DNA of 64,000 nucleotides from Bacteroidales bacterium (GTDB lineage Bacteria; Bacteroidota; Bacteroidia; Bacteroidales; UBA12077): NCBI GenBank assembly GCA_028282585.1, contig JANQHR010000046.1, positions 32,001 to 96,000 of the forward strand, read 5' to 3'. Shown piece by piece: positions 62,001 to 64,000 of this stretch (position 1 is its first letter; each line of letters starts with the position of its first letter). The notes under the pieces were generated by a model. It saw only the letters and a program-made list of their open reading frames with translations, ran no database searches and was not told where the DNA came from. The position numbers and the translations under genes were made by a program.

Positions 62001-63223
62001 GATATATCAAAACTCTGACCATTTGAAAATATATTATCATTTTTTATACTAACTATATTATAATCATGATTCCATTCCTCTACATATTTAAGATCTGTTA
62101 TTAAATTGTTAACATTTCCATCCTTCATCATAAATTCGATACGTAACTTAGATAAGTTGGTATCAATAGGCATATAGCAAGCACCTGTTTTTAAAACTCC
62201 CAGAATGCTTATAATAAGCTCAATTGAATTATCTAGCATAATTCCTACTATCGAATTTTCTCCAACACCTTGCATTATTAAATAATTTGCTATAGCATTT
62301 GATTTAATATTTAATTCCTTATAAGATAGCTGTTCTTCATTATATTCAACAGCAGCATTATCTGGAGTTTCCAAACATTGTCTGACAAATAATTCACAAA
62401 TAGAATTATTTAAGTAATCCTTCTTAGCAGTATCATTAAATTTATTTACTAACTCTTCTTTTTCTTCCGATGATATTAGTGAGAAAGAATTTATTGGATT
62501 TTCTAAGTTACTTATAACAGATTTGAAAAATCCTTTATAATATTTTACTAAATTTTTTATTAACTCTTCAGAGTAAAGACATGAGTTGTATTTTACTTTT
62601 CCTTTAAATATTTTACTTTCTTTTTCAAATGAAAATGAAAAGAGTATGTTGTAATTAATTTCGTTAAGATATCCTTCTTTTTGAATATTTTCATATAATA
62701 TACCAATATCAAATAAAGGAAAGCTTTCATTCTTTTTTAAGTTTAATCCCATCTTTTGAACAAGTGCATCAACTGGGTAATTTTGATTTCTAATAACATT
62801 AACTAAATTGTCCTTTGTACTTAGAATAATATCCTTAAAACTTTTCTCCCCATTCACTTGATTTCTAACACATAAAACAGTGTTAAGAAATTCATCCTCA
62901 ACCTTTTGTTCATGAATTGATGTACCTATACTGATATCCTCAGATTGTACATATTTAGATAAAAACGCACTTATTCCGGCAATTAATAATACCTGAATTT
63001 TAAAATCCTGTTCTTTACTGATGTCAAGTATTTTCAATGTAAGGTCTTCATCAAATTTGAACTTATACTCCTGCTTTTCGATCTCTTTATTTATCAAAGA
63101 ATCTTTACTATATGGAATTATTGTTTTCTCTTCAAAACCTTTTAAATAATCCAACCAGTACTTTTCTTCGTTATATCCTATATTGTTCAGATATAATATT
63201 TTATCAGTTTTACTATTACCCAT
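56027..63223 (-). CDS. Bimodular NRPS: half-C-A(Asn)-T-glycosyltransferase-C-A(Ser)-T
   Basis: EEKYWLDYL N-terminus; codes DLTKIGEVGK and DVWHFSLVDK; T motifs GGNSL and GGHSL; HHIISDGWS; GT4 domain between T1 and C2. Confidence 0.94.
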   Translation of the reverse strand: MGNSKTDKILYLNNIGYNEEKYWLDYLKGFEEKTIIPYSKDSLINKEIEKQEYKFKFDEDLTLKILDISKEQDFKIQVLLIAGISAFLSKYVQSEDISIGTSIHEQKVEDEFLNTVLCVRNQVNGEKSFKDIILSTKDNLVNVIRNQNYPVDALVQKMGLNLKKNESFPLFDIGILYENIQKEGYLNEINYNILFSFSFEKESKIFKGKVKYNSCLYSEELIKNLVKYYKGFFKSVISNLENPINSFSLISSEEKEELVNKFNDTAKKDYLNNSICELFVRQCLETPDNAAVEYNEEQLSYKELNIKSNAIANYLIMQGVGENSIVGIMLDNSIELIISILGVLKTGACYMPIDTNLSKLRIEFMMKDGNVNNLITDLKYVEEWNHDYNIVSIKNDNIFSNGQSFDISNKNYKSAYIIYTSGSTGNPKGVIVNHESIANYINWASDIYNIDGNFNFPLYSSISFDLTKTSIYVPLLTGGKIIIYDSTDIPETFSRIFDNKDINIVKLTPAHLKILDEYNLKNSNVRKLIIGGDQLKSKDCRIVSKAFQRSVQIYNEYGPTEATVGCMIYEYKIEDDYAENVPIGKPISNSNIYLFDNKFNVIPKEIPGEIYIGGNCLAEGYLNRVELTSEKFINTSNNHILYKTGDKAFFKSDGNLEFVERIDNQIKIRGYRIELGEIEKNLLKHDLIKDTIVVDKLSDSGEKYLCAYIILHDNKISELNDILREFLKRKLPEYMIPSFFVIIDNLPLTINGKVDKEKLPEPRAGINNNYIAPRNKTEKQLASIWAEVLNIEVDEISINSNFFDLGGNSLLAIKLLSRINHEFSTDIDFVVLFSKTTIQDFGKLILRRKIEQSDIANIKEILQKIDVAPNIKLDLILTMNLPYTRVFGGANKSNKYLVEEIAQLGHNVKVVTPALAVPSDITSQELLESLKDDGITVDVYDKKYVFNIKNVEVHAILETDDLKVELQKIIKEFQPDWIFISAEDPSQQLLKAIHEVRSDNIIYLAHTPQLLPFGPESLYPGKKRTELIGKSTQIVTISEYVSNYVKTHTGFSTFVNHPPHFGNDIFPKLASFDNEYVFMFNPCDVKGIKILLTLAKLLPEIKFAIVPGWGTTPTDMRLMNEVPNITIMENKESLNELLANVKILLMPTLWAEGFGMACTDAMLRGIPVLASQHGGLIEAKLETDYLIPINHIKEYKNEFNENSLPQAIVPEQEIEPWIKALKDLYYSKEVYEKQSSIAKIKAEEFVSLLSVEPFIRNLQKMLYNDPSYTGNEYKIKLIDCIDFNRIDIDKLNELIDNSTDSTNQLNYNRNVIPKVQHQEYYEVSYSQKQLLLIDELSKNNYGYIISNSFILEGEVDAGVFGNVFNMLINRHESFRTVFAKKDGQFKQKVLTSIDFEIEEYDFSKEASTEKKVNELIKEAKTKRFDLYKGPLLRSYLIKIEEKKYVFVYAMHHIISDGWSMYVFGKDALNLYNSRINNEKVLVEPLTIQYKDYSAWQNNIVNSDIYRKHKEYWHKILGGKLPSLNIPTDKSRTKSKSHGADLVSLTLSKYQVDSLLDISKSNYSTPFMTLLSLVKILLYKYTDQNDIIIGTPVSGRQNYNLRDQIGYYVNMLTLRNKVDRNKTFEQFLNSVRDNTQEAYNHQEYPFSKLVEELSTERNSVGSAFFDVIVLYNSDRDFVYENETSNSNHLSLKPFKNSSNNIKSTFDLDFIFHHNNNEIKLSIIYDTDLFYRDTVKRILKHFNKIVTSVVENKDIIINELDILTKEEKGQILGNFNNTKVNYPKEKCIHYLFEEQVLKTPNKIALIYKDERITYKELNAKANELAEYLRHCGIGPEKLVGVSMDRSIEMMICIYGILKSGAAYLPIIPDYPDERISIMLSDSGCNLVITKIHLKDKFEETGTDLIFIDSFSYEKPGLKEFNQANSNNIAYVIYTSGSTGKPKGVMIEHHSVINRINWMQKKYNASPTDILIQKTSIGFDVSVWELFWWSFYGASLVLLDKNEEKDPNRIIETITKKEVTKIHFVPSMLNVFLQYIKDHNVDVDNLKSLIQVFASGEALSANSVLFFNELFKNLKVNLVNLYGPTEATVDVSYYNCTRDEKVDTIPIGKPIDNINLFILNNNHKLQPVGIPGELHIGGVGLARGYYQNNSLTKDKFIIWNKERGKIYSEKDNPKDAVRIYKTGDIARWLPSGDIEFLGRIDDQIKIRGFRVELGEIESVLNQLDDIKESVVIAIDDNSGNKKLVAYTVSNKNKIDTSVIISEISKKLPAYMVPTFFIQLDKIPLNTNGKADRRQLANLKDFKLESNSYVEPQTNVEKKLTKIWEEVLALDKIGIYDDFFEIGGHSLNAIQITSMIYKEFNIEIRLGDFFENPNIKTISKLIQLLQNIEEDDEVNEEVEIII
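59450..60610 (-). other. GT-B (family 4-like) glycosyltransferase domain fused inside the NRPS (approximate bounds)
   Basis: FGGANKS, LGHNVKVV, VKGI, and an EX7E-like signature WAEGFGMACTDAMLRGIPVLAS..GG. Confidence 0.85.
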
Positions 63224-63315
63224 TTTAATTTGATTAAAACTTCGACGAAATCTAAGAGTTACTTTGTTTATAGACGTTGATTAATATTCAGATATTTTCT
63301 TAACTGTTAAGTGTG

Positions 63316-64000
63316 TTAAAAATTAAATGAAGAATCATTTATATCGGAAATATTTGTAATTACCTCTTTTTTAGTATTATTCTTGATAACCTCCATACCA
63401 TCTTTATCAAAAGTATTGACACAAAAAGAAAAATCTTTAAATCTGGTAATCCTGAATGTATTATCATCATGCCTTTCTTCCTCTACTTCATCAGAATAAC
63501 TTCTTGCTCCAAGAACCTCATTTAGTACATTCCATCTACGCGCAATTTCTCCATCCTCCACTTTATTACTGAATCCTGTTGAAGTAGCACCATTTACATC
63601 GCTGTACCCAAAGTGTTTAACTTTATTAAAACACTTATCTTTTTTAAAAAATTCGGTTAACTCATTAAAAATTTCAATAGTTTCTCCTGGGAAGCCTACC
63701 ATAATATCTGCAACCATATGCATTTTAGGATTATCAAATTTTATTTCCTGAATTGTATCGTATAACTTGGTTAAGTTAATAGGTCTTCCCATGCGGTCCA
63801 GGATGTGCTCATTAACGTGTTGCAGCCCTATATGCAATTCATTTATCCATCCTTTTTTACATAAATCCTTTATTTCAGTTGAGTACTTCTCTAACCATCT
63901 AATATGTAAATAACTAAAATAAAGATTTGCCAATGGAACAGCATTTTTTATTTCATGAACTAGTTCTATTATTGTTTTGTTGCTATCGATTCCATAGGCA
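63316..64000 (-). CDS. 3' part of a MiaB/RimO-like radical SAM protein (5' end outside the window)
   Basis: Frame is open to the window edge (AYGIDSNKTIIEL...); LHIGLQH, ILDRMGR, DIMVGFPGET, FGYS match the methylthiotransferase-type barrel; the Cys motif is not visible. Confidence 0.65.
   Translation of the reverse strand, partial: AYGIDSNKTIIELVHEIKNAVPLANLYFSYLHIRWLEKYSTEIKDLCKKGWINELHIGLQHVNEHILDRMGRPINLTKLYDTIQEIKFDNPKMHMVADIMVGFPGETIEIFNELTEFFKKDKCFNKVKHFGYSDVNGATSTGFSNKVEDGEIARRWNVLNEVLGARSYSDEVEEERHDDNTFRITRFKDFSFCVNTFDKDGMEVIKNNTKKEVITNISDINDSSFNF

Noticed and set aside
1-64000. Mobile elements, CRISPR arrays, RNA genes, promoters and terminators
   Set aside because: None could be supported by eye; intergenic gaps are short and AT-rich with no clear hairpins or repeats, and recurring similarity reflects paralogous NRPS domains.

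Overview
The whole 64 kb window is part of one very AT-rich, minus-strand nonribosomal peptide synthetase (NRPS) gene cluster, truncated at both ends. It is probably from a Bacteroidota organism and possibly an anaerobe; this is inferred from the MacB/FtsX permease type and the lack of O2-dependent enzymes. Transcription runs right to left through 8 NRPS genes with 10 A-T modules. Hand-read specificity codes give Asn, Ser, Asn/Asp, basic residue, unknown, unknown, Thr, unknown (epimerised), Tyr, unknown. The line ends in a terminal C domain with no thioesterase. The tailoring is the unusual part. Two adenylation domains are interrupted between motifs A2 and A3 by an apparently circularly permuted cobalamin-dependent radical SAM enzyme (rSAM core first, B12-binding domain second). 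One A domain is interrupted by a GNAT acyltransferase, one by a PRMT-like methyltransferase, and a GT4 glycosyltransferase is fused between modules. Six more stand-alone rSAM genes are interleaved (three B12-type, one PhpK-like, one RaSEA-like paired with a PLP enzyme, one MiaB/RimO-like). Several end in an acidic F/W-x-F-type tail also seen on C-terminal C domains that face N-terminal half-C (interface-like) domains, which suggests a docking code for trans-acting radical enzymes. Downstream are a ClbP/ZmaM-like peptidase-exporter fusion, a PptH-like phosphoesterase and small accessory genes. All family calls come from motif recognition by eye, not database searches; internal domain boundaries are approximate.
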